Source: Nannocystales bacterium (GTDB lineage Bacteria; Myxococcota_A; Polyangia; Nannocystales; Nannocystaceae). Taken from it: 64,000 nt of DNA. Positions within the stretch are counted from its first letter, which is position 1; each line of letters begins with the position of its first letter. The DNA lies in the NCBI GenBank assembly GCA_050633305.1, contig JBOEGF010000019.1, positions 96,001 through 160,000 of the forward strand. The letters are read 5' to 3'. This document shows positions 19,917 to 32,200 of this stretch, piece by piece. A program made the translations under genes and the position numbers. The notes under the pieces were generated by a model. The model did not search any database. It worked only from the letters and a program-made list of their open reading frames with translations, and was not told where the DNA came from.

Positions 19917-21851
19917 ATGAGCGAAACGCCAGCCCGACCAGACTCTGTGCCCGCCGACGCGTGGTGGGAGCCCAGCGACAACGAGTGGGTGCTCGGCCCG
20001 AAGGATGACGACGGCCAACTCCACGGCGAAGTGGCGTACTGGCGTCCGGACGGCACCCTGTGCTGCCGGTGCAACTACGAGGGTGGTCAGGCGCACGGAC
20101 AGAGCAAGAGGTTCCACGAGAGCGGTGAGGTGTCGCAGACATGCTCCTTCGTTCGCGGGACGCTTCATGGGAGGCGGACCTGGTTCTCGATCGAGGGGCC
20201 GACGACGGAGAACACGCGACCCTCGGGGGTGCCCGAGCACGTGATGCGCTCGGAAATGGACTACGAAATGGGGGACGTAACGGCGGTTCGCCACTTCGAT
20301 GCCGCCGGCCGCCGCCTTTGCGCCGACGGGACTCCGTTTCCCGACCGCCCCAGCTCGCTTCCCGAGAGCGCGTGGTGGGACGAGCGAGAGGACCGATGGA
20401 AGGACGGGCGCGCGAACGGGGACGCCGAGAAGATCGGAGCTTGGAAACACTGGGACCGCGAAGGTCTATTGTTGCTGCGGTGTGTCTACGAAGCGGACGC
20501 GCTCCATGGAGCGGCGTGGGAGCGGGTCGAGCCGGAGACCCTGCGGCTCCCCAACATCGTCGCGGCGCGCGGCGACTATCACGAAGCCGTTCGGGTTGGA
20601 CCCTGGGAGTTCCTCAACGCCGCCGAGCAGGTGGCGGGGGTGTTCGACTACGGTGCGCCTGTCGGAGCAGAGGAAGAGCTGGTCTTCCTCGACAACGCGA
20701 CGCGGCCCGCGGAAGCATGGCTCGACCTCGCGGGCAGGTACGGGGCGCAGCGGAGCCTGGGGCTGTGGCTTGCGACCCTGGGTCGTGCTGCGGGCGTGGC
20801 TCATGACGTGACGCAGCTGCGGGCAGCGCTCGCGGCACGGCCCAGCCCATGGAACTCGGAGACTGCCATGGGGCGAGCCGAGGAGGGCGACTCGGTCGGG
20901 GATGTTCTCGATGCGCTTGCAGCAGGCGCGGACGTTGCGGCGTGTCTACGGGGACTGGCGATTCAGCTCGACCAGCATGAGCGTTCTCAGGCGGCACTCG
21001 AGTTCATCGATGCGGCCATGATGCTGGCCCCCGACCGTGCCGACTACGCGTTCACACGGGCCTTGGTGAACATGAGCCTCGGACACGCGGATGCCGCTCG
21101 TTCCGACGCCGCGCGCATCCCGGACGAAGGACAGCGCGGATTCATGCAGCTGTACGCCAAGGTGTTGTTCCCCGTGTTCGACTTCTGGCCGAATCACGAA
21201 GACCCGCAGACGCACTACGACGGTCTCCCGGATGCGCCCAGTCGACCTCTTCCGGAGGTCCTGGGTCTGCTGGAGAAGTACGCGACCCGGGTTGACCAGA
21301 TCCGTACCGCGATGCTCGAGCACGAGGGGGTGACGGAGGAGACCCCGTGGCTGCTCCCCGATGTCTCGGTGTTGTTGCCCTGCGGCCCGGTCTCGCTTGG
21401 GACCGATAGGTTGGAGACGCCCGACCCCGACGACCCGGACGAGCCATTTGTCATCGAGATCGACGAGACGCTCGAGCTTGGCGATGCGATCCCGGACCTG
21501 CTCCGGTCGGCGCGCGCCGAGTGGCATTCGCTGTGTTGGTTGCTGTGGAGCTCTGGCCTCGACCGAGTGGGGCGTCCGACTCGGATGATGCCCCCGAAGA
21601 AGTTCGGGCAGGCCGCCGGGATGGCACCCGCACGTTTGTGGCGCTGCCGCGACCGGGTGCACATGCGAGGCATGGGCGCTCAAACGCAGGGCGTTCCGGG
21701 TTTCGAGTGGAACGGTGTCGACATCGATAGCCTTCCGGGCTCGCTCACGAATATGGCGATGTTCGAGTACCAAGAGATGCAGGCGCTCATGTACTGGCTC
21801 ACGGACCCCGAGGTTCGCTCGCCGTGGCAGGACAACCTGCGCGGGTCCTAG
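19917..21851 (+). CDS. MORN2/YwqK-like repeat protein with TPR-like region and unknown C-domain
   Basis: LHGEVAYWRPDG, AHGQSKRFHESG, KIGAWKHWDREG and RVGPWEF repeats; A..FIDAAMMLAPD TPR-like helix. Confidence 0.8.
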   Translation: MSETPARPDSVPADAWWEPSDNEWVLGPKDDDGQLHGEVAYWRPDGTLCCRCNYEGGQAHGQSKRFHESGEVSQTCSFVRGTLHGRRTWFSIEGPTTENTRPSGVPEHVMRSEMDYEMGDVTAVRHFDAAGRRLCADGTPFPDRPSSLPESAWWDEREDRWKDGRANGDAEKIGAWKHWDREGLLLLRCVYEADALHGAAWERVEPETLRLPNIVAARGDYHEAVRVGPWEFLNAAEQVAGVFDYGAPVGAEEELVFLDNATRPAEAWLDLAGRYGAQRSLGLWLATLGRAAGVAHDVTQLRAALAARPSPWNSETAMGRAEEGDSVGDVLDALAAGADVAACLRGLAIQLDQHERSQAALEFIDAAMMLAPDRADYAFTRALVNMSLGHADAARSDAARIPDEGQRGFMQLYAKVLFPVFDFWPNHEDPQTHYDGLPDAPSRPLPEVLGLLEKYATRVDQIRTAMLEHEGVTEETPWLLPDVSVLLPCGPVSLGTDRLETPDPDDPDEPFVIEIDETLELGDAIPDLLRSARAEWHSLCWLLWSSGLDRVGRPTRMMPPKKFGQAAGMAPARLWRCRDRVHMRGMGAQTQGVPGFEWNGVDIDSLPGSLTNMAMFEYQEMQALMYWLTDPEVRSPWQDNLRGS

Positions 21852-21943
21852 GACCCACCGGTGGTATCGGCTCCGGTGCGGTCGTTGGACTTCGGTGTTC
21901 GTGGCCGCGCAACCTCGGCTACGCAGCTACGTCTACCTTGTGA

Positions 21944-22369
21944 GTGTCCATTCAGCGTACGACTCTGAACTCTCTATGCATCGCGCTGTCTCTCGCCCTA
22001 GGGGGCGGGTGCGATCAGACCGACTCTGCCGCCGCGGGTGACAAGGCGGCGGCCAAGTCTGACGACAATGCCGAGGCGGTGGCGAAGGTTCTTGGGACCT
22101 GGATCGCCACCGACGATTCGGGGAACGAGCTCGAATTCACCAAGGACCGTCTGACGAGGACCTATCCCAAGTCCGGCGCGAAGCCCCTGGTCAGCGTCTA
22201 CAAGGTTGAGAAGCACGAGGGGAAGACCATCGAGATCTCGGTTCAGCTGGAGCTCAGCGGGGGGAAACTGATGCAAGCCGACAACCAAGTCATCACGTTG
22301 TCCGACGACGGTACGCTGGCGATCAAGAACGCCGCCAACGGGTCAGGCGGCACGTTCAAGAAGAAGTAG
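21944..22369 (+). CDS. Hypothetical lipoprotein (lipocalin-like beta fold possible)
   Basis: Lipobox LGGGC; LGTW motif; GC3-rich codons. Confidence 0.75.
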   Translation: MSIQRTTLNSLCIALSLALGGGCDQTDSAAAGDKAAAKSDDNAEAVAKVLGTWIATDDSGNELEFTKDRLTRTYPKSGAKPLVSVYKVEKHEGKTIEISVQLELSGGKLMQADNQVITLSDDGTLAIKNAANGSGGTFKKK

Positions 22370-22397
22370 GCCGCGGGCTCGCGGAGGGTCGTTGGTG

Positions 22398-24641
22398 CTA
22401 CGCGTCGGTGCCCGTCTCGCGGGGCTTGTACGTGTAGTACCCGCTGCCGCCGCCGTAGTCGTACCGTTCTTGGCGGGCGTCGACCTCGTTGAGCACGACG
22501 CCGAGCATGTTGGCGTCGCTCTGCATCAGGCTGCTCATGGCCCGTTGAAGCTCTCCACGCCGGGTCTGTTCGCAGCGGCTCACCACGATCACCCCGTCGA
22601 CCTGACTTGCGAGGATGAGGGGGTCTGCCACGGGGAGGACGGGCGGGCTGTCGAGGATGACGACGTCGAAGCGCTCCTTGAGCCCGATGAGGAGCTGGTG
22701 CAGCGCATGGGACTCGAGCTTCTCGGCGGGGTCGTCGGGGATCTCTCCGCAGACCATGATCGATAGGCTCTCGGGTGCACCGTCGGGTTGGGTGATCACC
22801 GCGTCGTCGATCTCGGCCTCGCCTGCGAGCAGAGCCGAAAGACCCGTCCGCTTGGGATCGGTCTCGAAGACCTGATGCAGCCGTGGCCGTCGCATGTCCG
22901 CATCGATCACCAGCACCGACTTGCCCGCTTGGCAGAACGACAACGCGAGGTTCATCGCGGTGCTGCTCTTGCCCTCGGAAGAAGACGGAGAGGTGATCAT
23001 GATCGTGGATGCCGGTTCGCCGCCTTGGACGAAGGCCAACGACGTTCGGATACCCCGACAGCGCTCCGCCATGAGGGATTGAGGGAATTTGTGCGCGTAG
23101 AGGTCTCGCTGCTTTCGCTGCGCTCGTGCGTTGCCCGCCCCGAGCCTGGAGTCGGGAGGAAGCAGCGGGAGCTGCCCCAGCACGGGCACGCCGAACGGGG
23201 AGAGGGAGCGCTCCAAGTCGAGCAGGCCGCGTAGACGCGAGTCTCGGAAGTCGATCGACAGGGCCAGGACGCAGCCCAAGCCCATGCCCAGGACGCCGCC
23301 GAGCAAGACGATGAGCTCTTTGGGGGGGAAGACGGCTTCGGCCGAGACGGTGGCGCGGTCGAGAATCTCGATGCCCTCGTTCTCGACTCGGTTCGTCAGC
23401 TCGATCTCGGTGTCACGACGAGCGACCAGGAGGTACTCCTCGGATGCGACCGAGGCCTCCCGCTTGAGTTCGACGTATTCGCGTTCCAGGCTCGACAGCG
23501 CGAGCGCCTTTCTGCGGGCGGTTGCGAGGACGCCGGCTTGAAAGGACTCGTGCCGAGTCGCTGCCTCGACTTGCCGCTCGAGAGACGCAAGCAACGACTT
23601 CGTTTCGCGCGCGATCTTGCCGTTGATGAGGTCGAGGTTCTGTTTGGCCTTGCGGTGCTGTTCGTGCTTGGGGCCGTAGTCGACATCGACCTCATTGAAG
23701 AGGGTCTCTGCAGCGAGTTGCTGCTTGCGCATCTCCTCGAACACGTCTCGCTTGTCCTCGGGCAACAGGTACGCGGCCGCGAGCGGGTCCTTTTTGTAGA
23801 GGTCCTTCGCCTGCTTGAACTGTTGCGAGAGCCTGTCGCGCTCGCTCTGTGCCTCTTTGTGCTGGTCAGTGGCTTTGAGGAGCGCGGTCGAGATGTCGCT
23901 GTCACGCCCGTTGAGCTCGAGCGACGTGACACGGTTCTCGTTCTTGAACGCTTCGAGGAGCCGCTCTGCCTCTTGCATGCTGCCTCGGGCCTTGTCCCGC
24001 TCTTCAGACAGGTCCTCCTCGGCTTCGAGGCCGACTCTCTTACGCCCCTCGGTGGTGTGGTCGATGTAGGCTTCCGCGACCGCGTTGGCCATGTTGCGCG
24101 CGACGAGAGGGTCCGGGTACTCGGCGGTGATCAGCACGATGCGCGAACTGGGTACCTCGGTGATCGTGAGCATCTCGCGAAGGCGCTCCACCGGATCGAC
24201 CTCGGCGGCTTCGGCCTCCCGTTCGGCGGGGTCCTCGATCTTGTGCACGCCGAGGAACTGCGGGTCGGCGGCGAGGCCCAAGGACTCCAGCGCGGCAGCA
24301 GCGACCGTCCGGCTGCTCATGATCTGCCGCTGTGTTTGGTAGTACTCCTTGTAGCCGAGCAGCCGTGCTTGGGCGTCTTCGCCAACACCCTCGACCTTGT
24401 CGAGGACCTGCGGCCCCGACATGTGCAGGACGATGGAGGCGCTGGATTGCCAGCGAGGCTCGAGGAGGCGGAGCACGCCGATCGAGCCGGCAATGCACAC
24501 GACGGTGGTGACCGCGATGACCAACCACCTCCGGCGGAGGATCTGCATCAGCCGCGAGAGCTGGGCGAGAACATCGACCTGCCCGCCATCGTCGGTCGCG
24601 GATCCGGCGCCATTGGGCGCGTGGGGAGGAGCGGATTGCAT
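22398..24641 (-). CDS. wzc: Polysaccharide co-polymerase / tyrosine autokinase (Wzc)
   Basis: N-terminal TM, coiled coil and second TM; Walker A SPSSSEGKS, IDADMRRP, ILDSPP; C-terminal Tyr cluster YDYGGGSGYYTY. Confidence 0.93.
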   Translation of the reverse strand: MQSAPPHAPNGAGSATDDGGQVDVLAQLSRLMQILRRRWLVIAVTTVVCIAGSIGVLRLLEPRWQSSASIVLHMSGPQVLDKVEGVGEDAQARLLGYKEYYQTQRQIMSSRTVAAAALESLGLAADPQFLGVHKIEDPAEREAEAAEVDPVERLREMLTITEVPSSRIVLITAEYPDPLVARNMANAVAEAYIDHTTEGRKRVGLEAEEDLSEERDKARGSMQEAERLLEAFKNENRVTSLELNGRDSDISTALLKATDQHKEAQSERDRLSQQFKQAKDLYKKDPLAAAYLLPEDKRDVFEEMRKQQLAAETLFNEVDVDYGPKHEQHRKAKQNLDLINGKIARETKSLLASLERQVEAATRHESFQAGVLATARRKALALSSLEREYVELKREASVASEEYLLVARRDTEIELTNRVENEGIEILDRATVSAEAVFPPKELIVLLGGVLGMGLGCVLALSIDFRDSRLRGLLDLERSLSPFGVPVLGQLPLLPPDSRLGAGNARAQRKQRDLYAHKFPQSLMAERCRGIRTSLAFVQGGEPASTIMITSPSSSEGKSSTAMNLALSFCQAGKSVLVIDADMRRPRLHQVFETDPKRTGLSALLAGEAEIDDAVITQPDGAPESLSIMVCGEIPDDPAEKLESHALHQLLIGLKERFDVVILDSPPVLPVADPLILASQVDGVIVVSRCEQTRRGELQRAMSSLMQSDANMLGVVLNEVDARQERYDYGGGSGYYTYKPRETGTDA

Positions 24642-24808
24642 CGTCGGACTACGAGGGAAAGACTAGCGCGGACAGGTCGCAGAGACCGTCAGGGTGGGCA
24701 ATACGGGCCGCTGCTGAACGAACGTGCGGCACCTGGGACGGCGTCGACCGCCCGCATAGGTTCGTGCAGGTGCATCCACGAATCCGTGTTGCGCAAACCG
24801 CGGAACGA

Positions 24809-27349
<2,541 letters not shown>

Positions 27350-27353
27350 GTCA

Positions 27354-28628
27354 TCAAGGGTAGCAGGTTCGACGCGAACGCCGAGACCTCCATCCGAGGC
27401 TGAACATCCATCCCCACAGCAGGAGGCCTGAGACATCGCGACCCGATCCCGTGTGGCAGTCGCAGCCTCGTTGCTCTCGTTGCTGCGCACTTGCGTCGTC
27501 AGGATCTGCAGTGGCGAGGAGCGTGATGGTTGCCTCGGACCGGTTGCCCGCGCGGTCGGTCGCGATGGCCCGCAACTGGTGTTCACCATCGGGAAGCTCG
27601 ACGTCGAACACCGCCTGCTCGTCCCACGACGTGCCTGCGTCGAGGGGGATGCCATCGAGGTCGAGGCGGATCGTGTGCACCCCGGACGCTTCGTCGCGGG
27701 CGTGCACCTCGATCGGATGCACGCCTGTCTCGACGACATCCGGTGGGTCGACGAACTCGACCGTTGGAGCCGCGAGGTCCCCTGCAGCATCGAAGCTCGC
27801 GCCACAGGTGTTGGGGGCGACCTCTCGGGGCTGTTCACAGCTCGAGCTCCAAGCCCCGAGTCCGTCATCCGGGGCGGCCGTGAATCCGTCGCAGTCCACC
27901 GTTGGACTCCAAGTCCCGTCCGGCTCGAAGCAAGGGCTGATGTCGAAGCCTGAACGCGCCTCGACCCAGGGCGTTGCGAGGTGCATCAGAGAAACGAACC
28001 CTCCGTCTCCACAGGTCTCGCCGTACGATACGACGCCGAACACTCTCCACTCGCCACCGGGGAGCTGTACGAACGCGGGTCCTCCCGAGTCGCCTTCACA
28101 CGAGTCTCGGCCGTCTCCGCCGAGCTCGACTTCATCGCCCTCCCAGGCTGTGATGCTGGTCGTCACGGAGCGTTTGTCCCCGTATCCAACCTCGGATTGG
28201 CCGAATCCCACCAGGGTTGCGGCCATGCCCGGGGTGAGAGCTTCGGTTTCACACCCCATCAGCGGCGGCACGATGGGGACGTCGTCCTGGGCCGAGGCGA
28301 GGATGCAGAATGCCCAGTCGCGACCTGCGCCCGGCAGAAAGCCGTCGGGCCAGACTTCACATCGTTGCGTCGCGACCGTCCGTGCGTGACGAGGGGCAGC
28401 CGCACTTCCGAACTCGACGCTGGAGAACCTGTCGCCGCAGTGTGCCGCGTAGACGACCACACGCGGGTGGACGAGCGTGCCTGTGCAGAGCCGGCCCAGT
28501 GACACCACGGTTGGCCACGCGCAGGGCTCGGTGGCTTCCCCGCCGACGATCGTGCTCGGATCGGCTGGCGCCGTGACGGAACCCGTGACCGCCACGAGTG
28601 CCGCAAGTACCGCCGTCGCGAGCCCCAC
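27354..28628 (-). CDS. Trypsin-like (S1) serine protease with Ig-like domain and MYXO-CTERM
   Basis: IVGG, YAAHC, RDWA and GDSGGP; A.DRAGN Ig (Big) motif; C-terminal GCDC + TM + Arg-rich tail. Confidence 0.92.
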   Translation of the reverse strand: MGLATAVLAALVAVTGSVTAPADPSTIVGGEATEPCAWPTVVSLGRLCTGTLVHPRVVVYAAHCGDRFSSVEFGSAAAPRHARTVATQRCEVWPDGFLPGAGRDWAFCILASAQDDVPIVPPLMGCETEALTPGMAATLVGFGQSEVGYGDKRSVTTSITAWEGDEVELGGDGRDSCEGDSGGPAFVQLPGGEWRVFGVVSYGETCGDGGFVSLMHLATPWVEARSGFDISPCFEPDGTWSPTVDCDGFTAAPDDGLGAWSSSCEQPREVAPNTCGASFDAAGDLAAPTVEFVDPPDVVETGVHPIEVHARDEASGVHTIRLDLDGIPLDAGTSWDEQAVFDVELPDGEHQLRAIATDRAGNRSEATITLLATADPDDASAQQREQRGCDCHTGSGRDVSGLLLWGWMFSLGWRSRRSRRTCYP

Positions 28629-28699
28629 ATTTCATTGTACCAGTCGCCCCGATGGGTTCGACCTTGGCGCCCGGCTGCTGTAGCTTCAAGGAGGTGTCG

Positions 28700-30367
28700 A
28701 TGCGCGTTTGGACGATTGCGCGGCAGGTGTGGATGGCGGGTCTCGTGCTGCCGGCGTGTGGCCGCACGCCGACGCATGTATTCACGCAGGCGGACGGGTC
28801 GTCGAGTGGGGACTCCGGGAGTTCGACCGGCGAGGAAGAAGTCTGCGACCCGGAGCTCGAGAACTGCACCTCGGTTGTCACGCTTCAGCGGGCCGCCGAC
28901 ATTTTGTTTGTCATCGACAACTCGGGATCGATGGGAGAAGAGCAGGGCGTTCTCGCCGCGAACTTTCCTCAGTTCATCAACGTTCTCGAGGGCGAGCAAG
29001 TCGGCGCGAGCTACCGAATCGGCATTGCGACGTCCGACGAGATCGGGCTCCGTGCGACGAGCTGTCGGCAGCGCCTGGGCGACTTCATCTGGGACGGGGT
29101 CCTCGGCCCCAACGATGAGCCGCTGTATGTCGACGAGCGCGAGGCGGGTTGTCTGAGCGCGTGTGAGTTCGACGAAGTGCCATTGTCGAGCACCGTTGAT
29201 TCAGACGGAAACGTCGTCTTTGGTCCCTGGATCGAGCGCTCCGGAGGCTCCACCAATCTCCCCCCCGGCATGAGCATGGCGGATGCGCTGCGCTGCCTGG
29301 GTCCGCAGGGCATCAACGGGTTTGGATACGAGGCCCCGCTCGAGGCCATGCGGCGGATCGTCGAGGAAAACGTAGACGGCTTCGTCCGCGACGATGCCTT
29401 GCTCGCGGTCATCATCGTGACCGACGAAGTCGACTGTTCGCTGCCCCTGCAAAACGTGGACACGCTGTTCACATCGTTGGGAGAGCCCTTCTGGGCCGAC
29501 CTCGAACCCCGGCCCACGTCGTCTGCATGCTGGAAGGCGGGCGTGCAGTGTCTCGGCGGCCCCGGTACGTATGACGCCTGCGTTCCGGTCGACAAAGGCT
29601 GGGATGGACTCCCCACCGAAGACCCGAATGGGTCCGTGCTCTATCCCCTCGATCGCTATATCGACGCGCTGCAGGGGGTTGCCGACCGCAAGGAGGCGCT
29701 TGGTGGCAACGGGACGATCTCGGTCGCCGTGATCAGCGGTGTGCCCGAGGACTACCCCCAGGGCGGAGAACTCATCTACCGGGACTCAGCCAACCCGATC
29801 TTCAACTCCGAGTACGGCATCGGACCTGGTTGCGACTTTGGGTTGGAGTCGCTGGGAGACCTTCCGGGCATTCCTCCTGTTCGGCTCAAGGCGTTTGCCG
29901 AGGCGTTCGCAGGAGAGCGTCGGAACATGTTCTCGATCTGCTCGGCCGACTACGCCGTGGCACTGGAGCAGATCGCCGACGAGATTGCGCAGCTCGGCTC
30001 ACGTTCCTGTATTCCCGGTTGTGCCTACGACGCCAGCCCCAACGTCTCCGGCTTGCAGCCCCGATGCACGGTCTTCGAGGAGCGAGGTGACGACGGTGGC
30101 GGGGATGCTCCCGTGCAAGCCTGCGCCGTGACGAACGCCGGTTGGGACTTCCCTCCGGGGCTCGACGTTTGCTTCCGGGCGCTCACCGACGGCGACGGCT
30201 CGACGGCGTGGCCGCATGACGACCTCACACCGCAGTGCAGCAACCGCGGGTCCAACCTCGAGTTTGTGATCGAACGAAGAGAAGGCGTACCGGTTCCACC
30301 GGGCGTTGGCGTTCAGGTCGAGTGCGTGCTGATCGGGCAGCCCGACCAGCGCTGCGACGAGCTGTGA
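28700..30367 (+). CDS. vWA (MIDAS) Cys-rich lipoprotein, CglB-like family
   Basis: AAGGAGG RBS; lipobox LPAC; DILFVIDNSGSM; G.E.PLEA; LAVIIVTDEVDCS. Confidence 0.85.
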   Translation: MRVWTIARQVWMAGLVLPACGRTPTHVFTQADGSSSGDSGSSTGEEEVCDPELENCTSVVTLQRAADILFVIDNSGSMGEEQGVLAANFPQFINVLEGEQVGASYRIGIATSDEIGLRATSCRQRLGDFIWDGVLGPNDEPLYVDEREAGCLSACEFDEVPLSSTVDSDGNVVFGPWIERSGGSTNLPPGMSMADALRCLGPQGINGFGYEAPLEAMRRIVEENVDGFVRDDALLAVIIVTDEVDCSLPLQNVDTLFTSLGEPFWADLEPRPTSSACWKAGVQCLGGPGTYDACVPVDKGWDGLPTEDPNGSVLYPLDRYIDALQGVADRKEALGGNGTISVAVISGVPEDYPQGGELIYRDSANPIFNSEYGIGPGCDFGLESLGDLPGIPPVRLKAFAEAFAGERRNMFSICSADYAVALEQIADEIAQLGSRSCIPGCAYDASPNVSGLQPRCTVFEERGDDGGGDAPVQACAVTNAGWDFPPGLDVCFRALTDGDGSTAWPHDDLTPQCSNRGSNLEFVIERREGVPVPPGVGVQVECVLIGQPDQRCDEL

Positions 30368-30398
30368 GGCTCGAGCACGTTTCCCGTGACTCGGCCGG

Positions 30399-31712
30399 TC
30401 AGAGCGCGCCTTGGAACTGGAGGCGGATCACGTGGCTCGGGACGTCGGTCAGCGACTCGGACCACGTCGGGCTGTAGTCGAGCTGGAGCTTCACCGCGTG
30501 CCCGAAGAAGTAGTACCCGAGCACGACACTGGGCTGCCGTTGTCGGGGCAGGGGCGAGTCTGCGGTGGGGCGGGTCTCTGCGAATCGCCCGACGAGTTCG
30601 AACGGCTTGGGACCCCACAGGTAGCCGGCTTGAGCATTCCAGCCGTAGCCGTTGCGCGCTGGGGAGAGTCCCGCTGCGGGGATTGACGGTCCCCCGCGAC
30701 GCCTGCCTTCGCGCACGTACCCCTCGGCGAACACGGTGGCACCGCCGAACTTGAACGACGCGTCCACCGTCCCGTTGTGGACGTCGGTCGTGCCGCCATC
30801 CTCTGGTCTGGCCCCGATGGTGCCGCGTTCGAACTGGGCGCCATCGACGAAGGCGTAGGCAAAGCCCAGCGACATGCGAGGGACTCGCTCTCGCGAGTGG
30901 TCGGACTCCGTGTCGTCCGCCTCGTAGGTGCCAAACGGAAACACTTCGAGGCGAGCGAGGTACACGACCTCGAAGTTGGTCGGCTGATAGGCGTCGCGCC
31001 CTTCGCCGAGAAACATGCCCGCGTAGTAGCCGAGATGATCCAGACCAAACAGGTCGTCGGAGTGGAGGTCGAACCCGACGTCCCGGTTGAGGTTGAACTC
31101 TCCGTCCGCAATTGAGCGGTCGACGAATTGAAGGTCTCCCGAGGACTGCATCCGCGCTCGGGAGTAGGGCAGCTTGTACTGGCCGACGCGGAACTGGAGG
31201 TCCCGGAGTTTGGAGAACTCCAGCGCCCAGTCGAGAACCGGTGTGAAGCGCGGACCGCCGGGCGCCATGCCCATGTCTCGGGGGGATACACCAAGCTCGA
31301 GTTTGTAGGTGTTGTGCTGGCCGAACGTGTGGCCCGAGAACTTGACCCGAGCACGGCGTAGCGACAGCGACTGGCTAGGAGATGCGTCCGGCGCGGCTAC
31401 GACGTCGTATCGGACCTGACCTCGCAGCCCTAGGCGCAACGAGAAGCGACCGTCCGCGCTGAGCCATCGCAGTCCGTCTCCCGGTGCGCCCACCGTGATC
31501 GTCGAGCTGGGCGAAGTGGGAGGAAGCTGCGACTCCAAGGACGCCGTGAGGACTTCCGCGGTCTCGGTGGGGACGTCGGGAGGTGGGTCGGTCGCGGTCT
31601 GCGTCGCCGCAACCGGGGTGGGCGCAGGTACCGGGTAGGGAACCGCGCGGACCTCGGGGGTGCCACGCGTCGCAGGCTGCACGCACAGAAGCGCGATGAC
31701 GAGCCAGAACAT
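30399..31712 (-). CDS. Phosphate-selective porin O/P family protein
   Basis: LRRAR...G, GQYKLPYSR...SS..LQFVDRS, RDVG motifs; terminal beta-strand RLQFQGAL. Confidence 0.85.
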   Translation of the reverse strand: MFWLVIALLCVQPATRGTPEVRAVPYPVPAPTPVAATQTATDPPPDVPTETAEVLTASLESQLPPTSPSSTITVGAPGDGLRWLSADGRFSLRLGLRGQVRYDVVAAPDASPSQSLSLRRARVKFSGHTFGQHNTYKLELGVSPRDMGMAPGGPRFTPVLDWALEFSKLRDLQFRVGQYKLPYSRARMQSSGDLQFVDRSIADGEFNLNRDVGFDLHSDDLFGLDHLGYYAGMFLGEGRDAYQPTNFEVVYLARLEVFPFGTYEADDTESDHSRERVPRMSLGFAYAFVDGAQFERGTIGARPEDGGTTDVHNGTVDASFKFGGATVFAEGYVREGRRRGGPSIPAAGLSPARNGYGWNAQAGYLWGPKPFELVGRFAETRPTADSPLPRQRQPSVVLGYYFFGHAVKLQLDYSPTWSESLTDVPSHVIRLQFQGAL

Positions 31713-31740
31713 CGAGTCGAGGGCAGGACGAGAACTTCGA

Positions 31741-31998
31741 CTAGAACTCGATCTCGATCAGCTCGCCGGTCTGTGCATCGACCGTTGCGTGCTCTTGCCC
31801 AGCATTGACGGTCCACGTCCGGCCGTCGAGGCTGAGCGAGGCGGACTCGACTTCAGCATCCAGAAACTCGGACGCGTGGGCCACAGCCTCATCGCGTTCC
31901 ATGGGCGTCGGACACAGCACGGCAACCAGCGTCGCGCCGAGGAGCCCAAGACAGATCGCGTACAGGCGACCGCTCCGCTTCAAGTTCGTGACGCTCAT
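31741..31998 (-). CDS. Small PepSY-like membrane-anchored protein
   Basis: TM segment then EAVAHA...WTV...VDAQTGELI PepSY pattern; start uncertain (31998 or TTG 31983). Confidence 0.65.
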   Translation of the reverse strand: MSVTNLKRSGRLYAICLGLLGATLVAVLCPTPMERDEAVAHASEFLDAEVESASLSLDGRTWTVNAGQEHATVDAQTGELIEIEF

Positions 31999-32015
31999 GT
32001 CACGCTGGTGTGACA
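31988..32015 (-). promoter_or_regulatory. Pho-box-like triple repeat with 11-bp period
   Basis: On the - strand: GTCAC-N6-GTGAC-N6-GTCAC, upstream of the PepSY and porin genes. Confidence 0.5.
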
Positions 32016-32200
32016 CAGAAAAGCGCCGATCGCACGAAAACCGCGAAGGGGGCTCGGATATGGCTCAAAACGACGATCTCGCGCAGTCTTCGCCGGCCTC
32101 AGTTGGGGTGCCTGTGCGCGTTGTGACAATGCGTACTGCGCGCACTCCGGAAGCGGGCCCATCGCTTTCGAGCACGCGACGGATGTCAGCGGCCCAGGGA

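Noticed and set aside
27350..27868. N-terminal extensions of the longest ORFs (also 34127..34960, 17902..18609, 59559..60230)
   Set aside because: They overlap real neighbouring genes; downstream starts fit signal peptides or translational coupling
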